A stretch of 64,000 nt of DNA from Smithellaceae bacterium (GCA_963667845.2 CAXXVL010000002.1:32001-96000); one strand, 5' to 3'; positions 28,561 through 38,787 are shown, numbered from the stretch's first letter. Numbers and translations are program-made. The notes: a model not told the origin generated them from the letters alone.

Positions 28561-30348
28561 TTACCGCACCGCTGTTCCGCTGCTCTGCAGCTTCGTCCGC
28601 AATGCCGGGCTCAATTTCTTCACCAGCTCGGCATTGTAAGAACCTGTCGGCATCGGCTTGACGGTTGGATCATTCGTCGGATTATTGTTTGTTGTAAGAT
28701 CCCAGGCCCCGGTAATCTGCATGGCCGCAACGGCGTATTGACGCGATGTTGCGGCGGGCATGCCAGCCATGACCGCCGGGTCAACGTCGGCAGTCATGAT
28801 GGAAAGGGTATCGTCGCTGTTGAGATAAATTTCAAAGGTGCGGAACTGCTGAGGGAAATCCCGAAGCGACGGTGTTTCCACCTGCCAGAAGCCTTTTTCC
28901 GGAGCAGCCGGATCAGGCGATATAAAGGCTTTTACGGTATTTAAATGACGATGACCCGCAAGCCACATGATCAGGTTCGGATGGCTGTGCAGTTCCGCGA
29001 GCAGACCCGGCAGGGTGACGGCATTCTGGGGGTTGACCCACCAGCCCATTTCGGAATTGGGCGCCGTCGGTTCAACGTCGATCGGGATGTGTGCGGCGAT
29101 GATCATGAGCTGGCCTGCCGCATCGCCTGCCGCCAGTTCTTTTTTCAGCCATGCCCAGCGGACGGGGTCCAGAAAGCCGTGCCCATGAATATCGGCCGAG
29201 CCGTCGTCTTCCTTCTGCGTGTCGTCGAGCACGATCACCTTGATCGGAACGGTTGACTTCGGTACGAAGCTGTAACAGGCAAAGCCTTTTGGCGCTCCGG
29301 GATCAACCAGGTTGAAACCATGTCCCACGGGCCCGGAAGTTGTTGTGAAAAATTCGCTGATCCACTGGGTCCGCAAAAGCGACCGGCGATCCGGATCGGC
29401 CGCAACTTTGGGCGGGCTCGCAAAATTGCCGACAGGGCCTGCGTATTTGATGTCGCCATACGGCGTCGAGCCGTCGATCACGCCCATATAGTAATCGCGG
29501 CTGCCGATTTTTCCGGGGTTGGCGAGGACATCTCCCGTGGCGAAGACTTCATCGGTGATGTAGGATTGCCGCAGATCTTTGCGCAGACTGTAGTCCACGG
29601 GGATGGAGCCCATCCAAAAATGATCGTGATTGCCGAGCGTCTGATACCAGGGAATCGTCTTATCCAGCCCTGCCGCCTTGTAGGGTTTCTGATATTCGAC
29701 GGTCTTAGCTCCAAGATGGGCGCCGGAACTGGGTTCGATAACCTTGCCGTCCAGAACATCAATATACCAGCGCGTTTCGTTGTACTGCGAGGTGTTGCAG
29801 GTGTCTCCCAGGGAAAGGCCGAAGTCGAGCGGATTCTTCTCGTGCAGAGCGTTTACCGTCTGGACGGCTGCGTCGAGCACATGCGTTGAATACAGCATAC
29901 TCCCCGAGTAGAGAGCGGCCCCTATGGGCATGGTGGGATGCAGACGCTGAAGATACAGCAGCTGATTGGGTGATTCTTTGTCGGTGATATGAATGTCGGA
30001 GATGGTAAAGAAGTTCAGGAGTTTTGTCTTCCTGGTGACTGCGGAACCGCCATACGCGGCCGGCATGATATCCAGCCGCCTGTCGTAGGGAAGCCCCGGG
30101 CCGAACGCCCAGTCCCCATACCCGTATTGACTGTACTTGGAAATCTCCCAGAGATTAATCGCCGTCGCCGGCTTTACACCCGGCACGACCGTCCTCTGAG
30201 CCGTCGTTTGCACATCGGCGGCAACCGGATAGCCTTTGGGTTCACTTTGATTTTTGATGAGGCACGTTGAGCAACCCGATAAAGAGATGATCAGCAGGAT
30301 CGTCAATAGGGCTATACTGAACTTTTTGTCTTCAAAAAATAATTTCAT
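28561..30348 (-). CDS. Metallophosphoesterase lipoprotein (TIGR03768-like)
   Basis: Lipobox LSGC; SDIHITDKESP, GD, GNHDH, GHRH motifs. Confidence 0.85.
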   Translation of the reverse strand: MKLFFEDKKFSIALLTILLIISLSGCSTCLIKNQSEPKGYPVAADVQTTAQRTVVPGVKPATAINLWEISKYSQYGYGDWAFGPGLPYDRRLDIMPAAYGGSAVTRKTKLLNFFTISDIHITDKESPNQLLYLQRLHPTMPIGAALYSGSMLYSTHVLDAAVQTVNALHEKNPLDFGLSLGDTCNTSQYNETRWYIDVLDGKVIEPSSGAHLGAKTVEYQKPYKAAGLDKTIPWYQTLGNHDHFWMGSIPVDYSLRKDLRQSYITDEVFATGDVLANPGKIGSRDYYMGVIDGSTPYGDIKYAGPVGNFASPPKVAADPDRRSLLRTQWISEFFTTTSGPVGHGFNLVDPGAPKGFACYSFVPKSTVPIKVIVLDDTQKEDDGSADIHGHGFLDPVRWAWLKKELAAGDAAGQLMIIAAHIPIDVEPTAPNSEMGWWVNPQNAVTLPGLLAELHSHPNLIMWLAGHRHLNTVKAFISPDPAAPEKGFWQVETPSLRDFPQQFRTFEIYLNSDDTLSIMTADVDPAVMAGMPAATSRQYAVAAMQITGAWDLTTNNNPTNDPTVKPMPTGSYNAELVKKLSPALRTKLQSSGTAVR

Positions 30349-30360
30349 AAAACGACTCCT

Positions 30361-31371
30361 TTATAGGCCTAAATATTTATTGACTCTGTTTTGAGCATTG
30401 GCGCGAATGTTAAAATAGTAAAATGGATAATCAAAGCTGTGGTAGACACCCCTCGGAAATGCATGCTGCGTCAATGCATATAATCCGTCTTCATCAGCCG
30501 TCGTGCAGATCAGCACGCCGCCCGCGATATCGACCCGGGCATCGGCATACTGCGGCACGGGCGAAAAGACGAGCGTTACGGGATCCGGCATGATCGAGCC
30601 CAGGCCCTCGGCTGTCGTAGCAACGGTTTGCGCTCTCGTCCAGCTGATGGGATTGATCACCAGGCCCACAAGCCCCGACAGGACGGGGTTGTCCGCCGGA
30701 TTCACATCAGGCGCCTGAGTATTATAGGAAATGATCACCCCCGTGTCATCCGGACCTTCGGCAAATTTCAAGTGCGGGTTGTCGGCAATGACTTTTGCCG
30801 TCACAGGATAACCGATCACATAGGCGGCAATCATTCGGTGATACACTTCGGGATGGTCCTTCAGGTACCCTGTCAAAAGGTTAATCAACACATTTGATCC
30901 CTGCGAATGGCCGGCTAAAAGAAATGGCCGCCCCTTGTTGTAGTGCTTGATATAGTAATCGAAGGCGGCAACCGCGTCCAGTGTCGGGATGCCGGCGATC
31001 AGGGCGTCGTGCGCAGGCAGCGGCAGCGTCAAGGCATAGGCGGCGTCCGCCTGCCTGTAGTAAGGCGCGTAAATATTGGCAAAGGGTTCAAAAGCGGTAG
31101 CCGATCGCGCAAAGGCGGAAGGCGCACCCCTAAGCATCGACGGGTTGTCGATCGGGCAAATATACGGGTCATTTGCGCCCCGCTGCCAGGCCGTGGGATA
31201 CAGGTAAAAAACATCGACCGGCTTGACCGTGGCCGGCATATTCAACCAGTGTGCAGCGAGCGAGTAATCCGTGGCCACAGGCACGGAAGGTGTATCGCCT
31301 CCTCCGCATGCAGCAAGCGTAACGCTTACTAAAAACGCAATGATTAGTAATTGTAATTTCCTGATGAACAT
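30361..31371 (-). CDS. DUF3089 alpha/beta-hydrolase lipoprotein
   Basis: Lipobox LAAC; DVFYLYPT, YAPYYRQ, GRPFLLAGHSQG, YHSFDY. Confidence 0.9.
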   Translation of the reverse strand: MFIRKLQLLIIAFLVSVTLAACGGGDTPSVPVATDYSLAAHWLNMPATVKPVDVFYLYPTAWQRGANDPYICPIDNPSMLRGAPSAFARSATAFEPFANIYAPYYRQADAAYALTLPLPAHDALIAGIPTLDAVAAFDYYIKHYNKGRPFLLAGHSQGSNVLINLLTGYLKDHPEVYHRMIAAYVIGYPVTAKVIADNPHLKFAEGPDDTGVIISYNTQAPDVNPADNPVLSGLVGLVINPISWTRAQTVATTAEGLGSIMPDPVTLVFSPVPQYADARVDIAGGVLICTTADEDGLYALTQHAFPRGVYHSFDYPFYYFNIRANAQNRVNKYLGL

Positions 31372-31592
31372 TTCTGTTTCCTTTATGGTGTTGCTTCAGC
31401 CGTCCGGCTAACCGCAGGAATGTCGAAAAGATCATATCAGCATTGCCTGAAGAAATCTTGATGTAAAATGAGCTTACTATTTGGACGCACCGGGGCAATC
31501 CTTAATCAACCCCGTTATCCCCCAAGGGGAACTGACGGACAAGGATCAAGCAACAACGAATGTATATGAGAAAAGGAGAAATAGTCTTTTGA

Positions 31593-31651
31593 TCAACCAC
31601 CTCGCAGCAAGCTGCGGAGAATTAACGCTCGTCCCGCCTAAGCGGGATTAA
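31593..31651 (+). repeat. Modular palindromic repeat, short form (copy 5)
   Basis: TCAACCACCTCGCAGCAAGCTGCGGAGAATTAACGCTCGTCCCGCCTAAGCGGGATTAA. Confidence 0.85.
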
Positions 31652-31655
31652 AAAA

Positions 31656-31803
31656 ACGAGAGCCGCCTATGCCGTCTTGTCTTTGCTGGAGTCCATCATT
31701 TAATATTGGTCTATCGAGGGTGATAATCACCACAAAGACCTATAATTGATTCTTTGTTAACATCCAGTTGAATAGACTCAATACGCGCATCGCAGCTTCT
31801 CGT
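31656..31803 (-). ncRNA. Rod-shaped, 6S-RNA-like non-coding RNA (paralog 2)
   Basis: ACGAGA/UCUCGU, AUGCGCGU/ACGGCAU, GUCU/AGAC, CUGGA/UCCAG; apical GGUCU..GGUGA-UCACC..AGACC; U-run; colinear with 18041-18195. Confidence 0.7.
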
Positions 31804-31809
31804 ATTTTT

Positions 31810-31838
31810 ACGCTACGCGTGACTATCACCAATGTCAA
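31810..31838 (-). promoter_or_regulatory. Sigma70 promoter of ncRNA paralog 2
   Basis: TTGACA-17 bp-TAGCGT at the same spacing as in paralog 1. Confidence 0.6.
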
Positions 31839-32028
31839 GAGGAATACCTGAGATCAGCCATTTACAATAGTGTATAATTTTAAATACTTACGTTAAGCGG
31901 CCTGTGTCTGTTTATCCTGCCGCAGTTGAAACAAAAATCACCTATTTAATGCTCGCTTTTAAAATGGATTTGTGAATAAAATTTCTATTAAAGATTGAAG
32001 AATAGTGTTTTTATCCGAGGAAATAGTT

Positions 32029-32670
32029 ATGAGAATAAAGACCCGGGAGTTTTTCAACATATACTCACACCTTGCCGGCATGGTCGCCGCCGTCATCGGC
32101 ACGGTCTTTCTGGCCATCGTCGCCAGCGATTCCGCCTCCGGTCTTGTCACCGCGCTTATTTACGGGATTTCCGTTGTTTTCCTTTTTACGGCAAGCACGC
32201 TGTATCATCTTTTCAAAAAGGAGGAGAACGAGTTGTCCTTCTGGCGAAGAATGGACCGGCTGGCCATTTTTTTCATGATTGCCGGAACATCGACGCCGAT
32301 ACTGTATTTCTGCCTCGACGGCTCATACAAATGGTGGATGATTGCCCTGCAGTGGGGTCTGGTAGGCGTGGGGATGATCTCGCAGATTTATTTCCCCAGG
32401 GCACCCAGAAAGCTTTACGCCGTCATTTACATGTCCATGGGCTGGTCGGCGCTGATCACGATTAAACAAATGATGGCCAACATGTCTGTAGCTCAGGGTG
32501 TCCTCCTGATCACGGGAGGTGTTGCCTTCATGCTGGGTGGAATCATTTACGCCATCAAGAAACCCCGGATCGTCCCGGGTGTTTTCAGCTTTCACGAACT
32601 TTTTCACATCATGGTGCTGATCGGCTGGGGTTTGCACTATGCAATGATCTACCAGGTCTACGGCGCTTGA
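32029..32670 (+). CDS. Hemolysin III (PAQR/TrhA) family membrane protein
   Basis: EFFNIYSH, STLYH, RRMDRLAIFFMIAGTSTP, FHELFHIMV, LHY. Confidence 0.92.
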   Translation: MRIKTREFFNIYSHLAGMVAAVIGTVFLAIVASDSASGLVTALIYGISVVFLFTASTLYHLFKKEENELSFWRRMDRLAIFFMIAGTSTPILYFCLDGSYKWWMIALQWGLVGVGMISQIYFPRAPRKLYAVIYMSMGWSALITIKQMMANMSVAQGVLLITGGVAFMLGGIIYAIKKPRIVPGVFSFHELFHIMVLIGWGLHYAMIYQVYGA

Positions 32671-32674
32671 AATC

Positions 32675-33574
32675 ATGGATACCGCTTCTGATTTCGCAAG
32701 CCCCGGCGAGGCGACGAACAAACTTCTGGCAGCCGAGTCGGCGTTATTTATCCAAGAGTATCAAATAAACTATGCTGAGGGTGAGAGCAAACCCCCGGAA
32801 ATCGGCATGCCGGTTTTCCTGCATGCCCCTGCATCGGACGTGGGCGTCCTCCTCATTCACGGGCTGATGGCCGCTCCCGAAGAAGTCCGACAGTGGGCGG
32901 ATTTCCTGCACGCCCAGGGCCTGACCGTTTATGCCCCCCGGCTTGCCGGTCACGGAACATCGTCTAAAGACCTCTCGGTTCGCACCTATCACGACTGGCT
33001 GGATTCGGTTGACCGCGGCCACGCCATCCTGAAAACATGCTGCAAAAAAATTCTCGTAGCCGGATTTTCGACAGGCGCCGGTCTGGCCCTGCAGTCGGTT
33101 GTCCGGAAGCCCCATGATTTCGAGGCCGTCATCGCCGTCAGCGCCCCGCTGAAATTCAAAAGTTTATCGTCTCGTTTTGCCGAGCTGCTGCACGGATTTA
33201 ATTTACTCTGTCATCGCTTGGGGATGGGCAGACTGGCGAAAGAGTTCATGAAGAACAACGCCGACAATCCCGACATCAATTATCTCGTGTGTCCGGTCAG
33301 CGCTTTTGTTCAGGTCAAAGCACTCATGAGAAAGCTCCGCCGATCGCTTCCGGATATTCAGATTCCCGCGCTCATCATCCAGGCCCGGCATGACCCTAAA
33401 GTCGCGCCCGAAAGCGGCCCCGCGATATTTGACGCTCTGGGCACCGGCAAAAAGCATTTTGCCTGGATCGATTTCGACAGGCACGGAATTGTGCGCGGCA
33501 GGCCGGCTGACGACGTTTTCCAAGAGGTAGAATCTTTCCTCACGACATACAATCTCATCACTTCCGCACAATAG
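32675..33574 (+). CDS. Carboxylesterase / lipase, alpha/beta hydrolase
   Basis: LLIHG, PRLAGHGT, GFSTG nucleophile elbow, HDPKV, RHGI. Confidence 0.88.
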   Translation: MDTASDFASPGEATNKLLAAESALFIQEYQINYAEGESKPPEIGMPVFLHAPASDVGVLLIHGLMAAPEEVRQWADFLHAQGLTVYAPRLAGHGTSSKDLSVRTYHDWLDSVDRGHAILKTCCKKILVAGFSTGAGLALQSVVRKPHDFEAVIAVSAPLKFKSLSSRFAELLHGFNLLCHRLGMGRLAKEFMKNNADNPDINYLVCPVSAFVQVKALMRKLRRSLPDIQIPALIIQARHDPKVAPESGPAIFDALGTGKKHFAWIDFDRHGIVRGRPADDVFQEVESFLTTYNLITSAQ

Positions 33575-33756
33575 TTTGCAGCCTTCCCGGTGGGGTCTTC
33601 CCGCCCGGTTTGACCCCAATTACCCGTCGACTTTGCCTGAAGTCCGGATAGACGCCTTCTTTTGAAACAATTTTCAATCAAAACAATCTTTTGACGTGGT
33701 ACCCGTTACGATGATAAGATGCTCCATCATAAATTAATGATATCAGGGAACCCTGA

Positions 33757-35352
33757 ATGGCGGAAGAAATAGAAGACAACTTGCTTGAGCGCAAGGAGCG
33801 CAAGGACTTCCTCAGGATGAAAGCCGCCGGCATTCGGGATATCTTATTTGACGCCGTTAGAAACTTCGGCCAGAACGGCGACAACAATCAGGCGGCGGCC
33901 ATCGCCCTTTATGCGATTCTGTCGGCCATTCCGCTTTTTATTTTAACGATGATTGCCGCCTCGTCCTTCTTCAGCTCCAATCCGCAGATTCAAAAGGACA
34001 TCATCCGGGCTATCCAGAATTTCCAGCCTTATTTTTCCGGGGATATTCTCCAGCAACTGGGACACATCGAAGGCAAACGCAAAGTTTTGGGTTGGATCGG
34101 CGTTCTGGGTCTGGTCTGGTTGTCGGCGGCAATTTTTAACGCCATTGCCTCGGCGCTGAACAATATCTTCCGCTCACAGAAGACACGCAATTACTTCGTC
34201 TCCAAACTGATGGCGTTCGGGATGATCCCCACAGCCTGGGTCATCGGCGGCCTGAGTGTGCTCATGAGTTATGTCGCTGCGCTCCTCGCCAAGACGCCTC
34301 TCGTCTTGCCCGGCGACATAGAAATATCGCTGACCCTGCCGGCGCAGATCGTTCTGCGTTACATCATTCCATATGTGATGATCGTGATTCTGGTGACCGC
34401 GGTATACCGGATCGTCCCGACGGCCAAAATCCGCTTTCGCGTGGCCCTGGCCGGCAGTGCTATTTTCGCGTTCCTTCTGGAAATCGCCAAACAATTCTTT
34501 ACCTGGTACATGACCAATTACACCCGCTACGACGTTATCTTCGGATCGCTGGAGACGGTCGTTATCCTGGTCATCTGGGTTTTTTATATCGCGTTGATCT
34601 TTCTGTTCTGCGCCGAAGTCATGTCCTCTTATGAACGGCGCGATGTCCTCCTTCTGGAAAGAGCTCTCCTCAACCCGCATCGTTCCGGATCGCAGATCGA
34701 CGAGCGACTCTACAAAAGATTCGGCCGCACGTACCCCCGAAACAGCATCATTTTCCGGGAGGGGGATGCGGGGCGCGAAATGTTTTATATCCTTTCCGGC
34801 CGTGTCGGCATGGAGCGCGTCGACAGTTCGGTAAAAAAAATGATCGCTGAAATGGGACCGGGCCAATATTTCGGCGAGATGGCCGCGCTCATCGACATCC
34901 GGCGCTCGGCGACGGCCAGAGCTCTGGAAGACAGCCGCCTGGCCGTCATTGACGATACTACACTCCGGAAGCTCATCGGCCACAGCCGGGATGTCGCACT
35001 CTCCATGCTGCAGGTATTCTCCACGCGCCTCAAGAATTCCAACGCAGCACTGGAAGATTTTTCCAATCTCTGGACGCGCCTGGCGATCATCCTGCAAATG
35101 CTGGATCACCCCCGCACACCGCTTGCCGAACATATCCCCGTCCTTGCCGAAGCTACACAAAAAGATCCGGCCGAAATCACGAATCTGATTCGCGAGCTTT
35201 CCGATCAGGGCATCTTGATCACCAGGGAAGGCTTGATTCTGGACGTCGCGCGCGATAAGATGTGGTCGCTCTTTTGTCTGAGCCCCCTGAGAAAAGGTTC
35301 GTCGGACCTGCAAAAGAATGCAGTTGCCGGCGTCCGGGAGGATCATCCGTGA
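33757..35352 (+). CDS. YihY/BrkB membrane protein fused to a cyclic-nucleotide-binding domain
   Basis: AAAIALYAILSAIP and YDVIFGSL..VILVIW (YihY); IFREGDAG, FGEMAAL and RRSATARA (cNMP). Confidence 0.9.
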   Translation: MAEEIEDNLLERKERKDFLRMKAAGIRDILFDAVRNFGQNGDNNQAAAIALYAILSAIPLFILTMIAASSFFSSNPQIQKDIIRAIQNFQPYFSGDILQQLGHIEGKRKVLGWIGVLGLVWLSAAIFNAIASALNNIFRSQKTRNYFVSKLMAFGMIPTAWVIGGLSVLMSYVAALLAKTPLVLPGDIEISLTLPAQIVLRYIIPYVMIVILVTAVYRIVPTAKIRFRVALAGSAIFAFLLEIAKQFFTWYMTNYTRYDVIFGSLETVVILVIWVFYIALIFLFCAEVMSSYERRDVLLLERALLNPHRSGSQIDERLYKRFGRTYPRNSIIFREGDAGREMFYILSGRVGMERVDSSVKKMIAEMGPGQYFGEMAALIDIRRSATARALEDSRLAVIDDTTLRKLIGHSRDVALSMLQVFSTRLKNSNAALEDFSNLWTRLAIILQMLDHPRTPLAEHIPVLAEATQKDPAEITNLIRELSDQGILITREGLILDVARDKMWSLFCLSPLRKGSSDLQKNAVAGVREDHP

Positions 35353-37088
35353 AGATGCACCCGACGATTTCTCGATGTTTGCTTCCGGCGATGATCGGTC
35401 TGGCATTTCTTGCCGGGGCAGCGAAGCCGGCAGCCGCGGACACACCGGTCCTGTCGATCACCCCGGCCAATCCAACCATCCAGATCGCCGCCCATGCCGA
35501 CGTCCTTCTTGATGCTTCTGATACACTTCGTTATGAAGACATTGCCGGGGGCGGATTGCCGTTTCAACGCCATACAAAAAATTCATTCCAGTACAGTTTC
35601 ACGAAGGCGACACTCTGGATCAAATGCCGCATCGCGGCGGCCGCCATGTACAGCCAACGTTCTTTCCTGGTCTTCGATAACACCGCTCTGGGATCGATAA
35701 CAATCTGGGTGCCTGTCGTCAAAAACGGCACCCCCGACATTCTTATACTCACCGGCGGGTGGCAAAGCGGCCATCGGGGATATGAATACCCTTTTCTTTA
35801 CCCCACCTTCGTTTTGCCCGACAACATCGATGATTCGCGCCCGTTAATTATCCGCGTCGCAACCCCTTACTCCCTTCAGTTTCGCGCAACCCTCTATTCC
35901 CCGGACGCCTTCCGGGAAAACGGTTTCTTCCTTTTCCTGACCGTCGGCGTCTGCGCGGGAATTCTTGTCGCCATGCTTTTGTACAACCTTATTCTTTACG
36001 TCTTTATCCGGGATAAAAATTATCTCTACTATATCCTCTACGTATTTTTCCTTCTCATCTGGCAGTGCGTGCTTTTCGGACTATTTCAGTATTTTTGGCC
36101 GGCGGCAGGCGTGTGGATGATAAAATATGTTACCGCTTTTGCATCCTGCATGATGCTGTTCACGATGATCTTCGCGATTGTCTTTCTGGATACGGCCAGA
36201 ACGGCTCCCCGCCATGATTTCGTTTTGAAGGGGCTGGCATTTTTGACGATCATCTCGATCCTGCTGATCTTCGCCAGGCAGATATGGATCGGCAATCTCC
36301 TGGCTTATTTTATAGGACAGATAGGAATCGTCGCGGTTTTCACAGCCGCCGTTTCATCCTTGCGGTCAGGATTCAAACCGGCCAGATATTACCTGATCGC
36401 CGTCAGCGTCTTCCTCTGTGCCGGCCTCATTTTTCAGTTTAAATTCTACGGATGGGTACCCACCAATTCATTCACGATGCATGTGGTGCTTTTCGGCAGC
36501 GCCGTGGAATCCATTCTCCTGTCCACCGCACTCGGTTATCGTTTCCGCGCGATGAGAGAAGAGGAAAAGTACCTGCGGGAGCGGGAGAAGAACCTGCAGG
36601 CGATCACCGTCACGGATGAACTGACCGGCCTTTTCAACCGGCGGTTTCTCAATGTGACGCTCATCAAAGAAATTGCGGCGGCCAGACGCAGCGGGGCAAG
36701 CCTGTCCCTGCTAATGATGGATGTGGATCATTTCAAGAATTTCAACGACGCCTACGGCCACCTGGAAGGCGATCTGGCACTCGTCACCCTGGGCAAAGTG
36801 ATGATGCAAATGCTGCGGGAGGAAGATGTCGCGTGCCGTTACGGCGGTGAAGAATTTGTAGCGATTCTCCACAACGCGGATAAGAGCGCCGCCCTTGATG
36901 TGGCCGAACGCATCCGATCGCATTTTCAGCAAATGGCATTGACGTCCGGAAAGACGGTCCGCCTGACCGTCAGCATCGGCACGGCGGAATTGCTGCCTGA
37001 AGACAGCCCGGATCAGTTTCTGTTTCGCGCCGATCAGGCCCTGTATCATGCCAAAAAAACCGGCCGTAACCGGATTTGCAGCGTCTAA
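35349..37088 (+). CDS. 7TM-DISM sensor diguanylate cyclase
   Basis: Signal peptide, extracellular domain, 7 TM (LYNLILY...YLYY), TDELTGLFNRR, DVDHFK, RYGGEEF with RxxD; GTG overlaps the upstream stop. Confidence 0.92.
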   Translation: MKMHPTISRCLLPAMIGLAFLAGAAKPAAADTPVLSITPANPTIQIAAHADVLLDASDTLRYEDIAGGGLPFQRHTKNSFQYSFTKATLWIKCRIAAAAMYSQRSFLVFDNTALGSITIWVPVVKNGTPDILILTGGWQSGHRGYEYPFLYPTFVLPDNIDDSRPLIIRVATPYSLQFRATLYSPDAFRENGFFLFLTVGVCAGILVAMLLYNLILYVFIRDKNYLYYILYVFFLLIWQCVLFGLFQYFWPAAGVWMIKYVTAFASCMMLFTMIFAIVFLDTARTAPRHDFVLKGLAFLTIISILLIFARQIWIGNLLAYFIGQIGIVAVFTAAVSSLRSGFKPARYYLIAVSVFLCAGLIFQFKFYGWVPTNSFTMHVVLFGSAVESILLSTALGYRFRAMREEEKYLREREKNLQAITVTDELTGLFNRRFLNVTLIKEIAAARRSGASLSLLMMDVDHFKNFNDAYGHLEGDLALVTLGKVMMQMLREEDVACRYGGEEFVAILHNADKSAALDVAERIRSHFQQMALTSGKTVRLTVSIGTAELLPEDSPDQFLFRADQALYHAKKTGRNRICSV

Positions 37089-37162
37089 CAACGGGACCCC
37101 GCCGTGCGATTGCCGCCGGACAGTGGGGATTTCACAGCGCCTTCCAACATAAGAGAAAAACC

Positions 37163-37196
37163 ACAAAAGGCGGGGACAAACGACCCCGCCTTTTGT
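37163..37196. terminator. Bidirectional intrinsic terminator
   Basis: ACAAAAGGCGGGG...CCCCGCCTTTTGT between convergent genes. Confidence 0.75.
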
Positions 37197-37248
37197 TAAT
37201 CCCGTTTGCGCGGGACGAGCGTTAATTCTCCGCAGCTTGCCGCGAGGT
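37196..37248 (-). repeat. Modular palindromic repeat, short form (copy 6)
   Basis: Reverse complement: ACCTCGCGGCAAGCTGCGGAGAATTAACGCTCGTCCCGCGCAAACGGGATTAA. Confidence 0.8.
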
Positions 37249-37264
37249 CACCCTTCACCCCATC

Positions 37265-38752
37265 CTAGAACTTTACCGACAAGCCGCCGCCCACCTGCCA
37301 GCCGTCTTTTCTGATTTCCACGTCGACCGGCGCAGGACCGACCGTCCCGTCTCCACTGGTCTTAAACGCCGTGTAACCCGCGTTGACAAACGGTTCGAGT
37401 TCGAAGCGGTCCATCTTGACGGTCGCTCCCAGCGCCGCGTTCACACCCGCCGTCCAGCCACTTGCGGATACATTCAAAGGCATGTAGGGTCCGGTATTGT
37501 CAACGGCGGCATAGGAAAAGTCCGTGTTGACCCGGCCGTAGAAGGCGTTGACCCCTGCGCGCAGTGTGGTGCGCGGACACACTGCCATTTCGGCCAGAGC
37601 CTTCAGAGTCAAACGATGTTCGCCGGTATCCGGCATATTCGCATAGGTGTCCACATAAAATTCCGGTGCGGGAAAGATGTCATCAAACTGCGCATTCTGT
37701 TTTGTCCGCAGGTAATCATAATAGAGTCCCGCGGCGAATCGTTTGCCTGCCGCCGGCGTGAAATCCGCCCCACCGCCAACCTTTACGAAGAAGTCCTTGG
37801 CTTCGTGTTCGTAGTTCAACCAGGAATCCGCGGCACGAATATAGGACCCGTCGCGTTTGATGGTTTTGTACCCGGTGCTGATTACGAAGGGCAAAGCGAG
37901 ACGCTCGCTCACGGGCATGCGGAGCCAGAAATCGCCGCCGACATGGAATCCCTTGACTTTGCCTTCGGCCTTGAAGGAGTTCACACTGTTCACATCAAAC
38001 GAATAGGTGTTGTCCGACGCAAAGGGAAGTCCGCCTTTCAGCGTGACTGAATATTTTGCCGAGCCGACCGTTCCGGCAACGGATGCTTTCCCCTGCGCCT
38101 CCCAGTATTTGGAATCATGAGGAATCATGAACGGGTAAACGTCCCACGCCGGGTTATCTTCGGCCGCCCAGGGAAAATTCCTGAAAAATGCTGCGCTGGT
38201 GTCCAGAAAGGTCTCCTGCTCCTCGCTGTGATAGGCAATCTGCAGCTCGCCGCCGACCTTTACGGATTTTACGGGCAGACCGTAGAGAACTTTCAGCGCG
38301 AAGTTATCGAGACGGTTATTTAATTCATACGAATTGTATCCGGGACCCCAAAATCCGCTAAACGGTTCATCGCCTTTGTACTTTCCCCGGGCGCCCTCAT
38401 AATCAAAAAACACACCCATCCGGCCCGCACCCAGACTGAAGGCGGAACCGATCAGAGCGCCGTGCTTCCATTGATAACCGTCGGAGCTATAGGGATACGT
38501 TACACCAAAGGTGGGAGCATTTGCGGAATAGTCCCAGCGGGTCGTCTTGCCGTAGGTCAAACGGTAACTTCCGTAAGCATTGAATCCCTTGCCCGAGGCG
38601 ATCCCGGCTGGATGAATCAGATAATCGGATTCGTCTTCAATTAAACCGAAGGCATCCCCCACACCCGCCATTCTGCCCTGCCAGGCCACGGACGGCGCTG
38701 CCAGAAGCACAACAAACAGAAACGCTGCAATCACTGATAGACTCTTTTTCAT
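37265..38752 (-). CDS. Putative outer-membrane beta-barrel protein (paralog A)
   Basis: Signal peptide; Gly/aromatic alternating strands; C-terminal WQVGGGLSVKF. Confidence 0.75.
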   Translation of the reverse strand: MKKSLSVIAAFLFVVLLAAPSVAWQGRMAGVGDAFGLIEDESDYLIHPAGIASGKGFNAYGSYRLTYGKTTRWDYSANAPTFGVTYPYSSDGYQWKHGALIGSAFSLGAGRMGVFFDYEGARGKYKGDEPFSGFWGPGYNSYELNNRLDNFALKVLYGLPVKSVKVGGELQIAYHSEEQETFLDTSAAFFRNFPWAAEDNPAWDVYPFMIPHDSKYWEAQGKASVAGTVGSAKYSVTLKGGLPFASDNTYSFDVNSVNSFKAEGKVKGFHVGGDFWLRMPVSERLALPFVISTGYKTIKRDGSYIRAADSWLNYEHEAKDFFVKVGGGADFTPAAGKRFAAGLYYDYLRTKQNAQFDDIFPAPEFYVDTYANMPDTGEHRLTLKALAEMAVCPRTTLRAGVNAFYGRVNTDFSYAAVDNTGPYMPLNVSASGWTAGVNAALGATVKMDRFELEPFVNAGYTAFKTSGDGTVGPAPVDVEIRKDGWQVGGGLSVKF

Positions 38753-38787
38753 GTTCTTCTCCCTTTCTGTTGATAGATAAATCAACT

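Noticed and set aside
34174..35445. Long antisense ORFs (also 16249-17214, 26564-27424, 40570-41667, 42957-43880, 44775-45659, 56148-57116)
   Set aside because: Shadow frames of well-supported genes, expected in GC-rich coding DNA.
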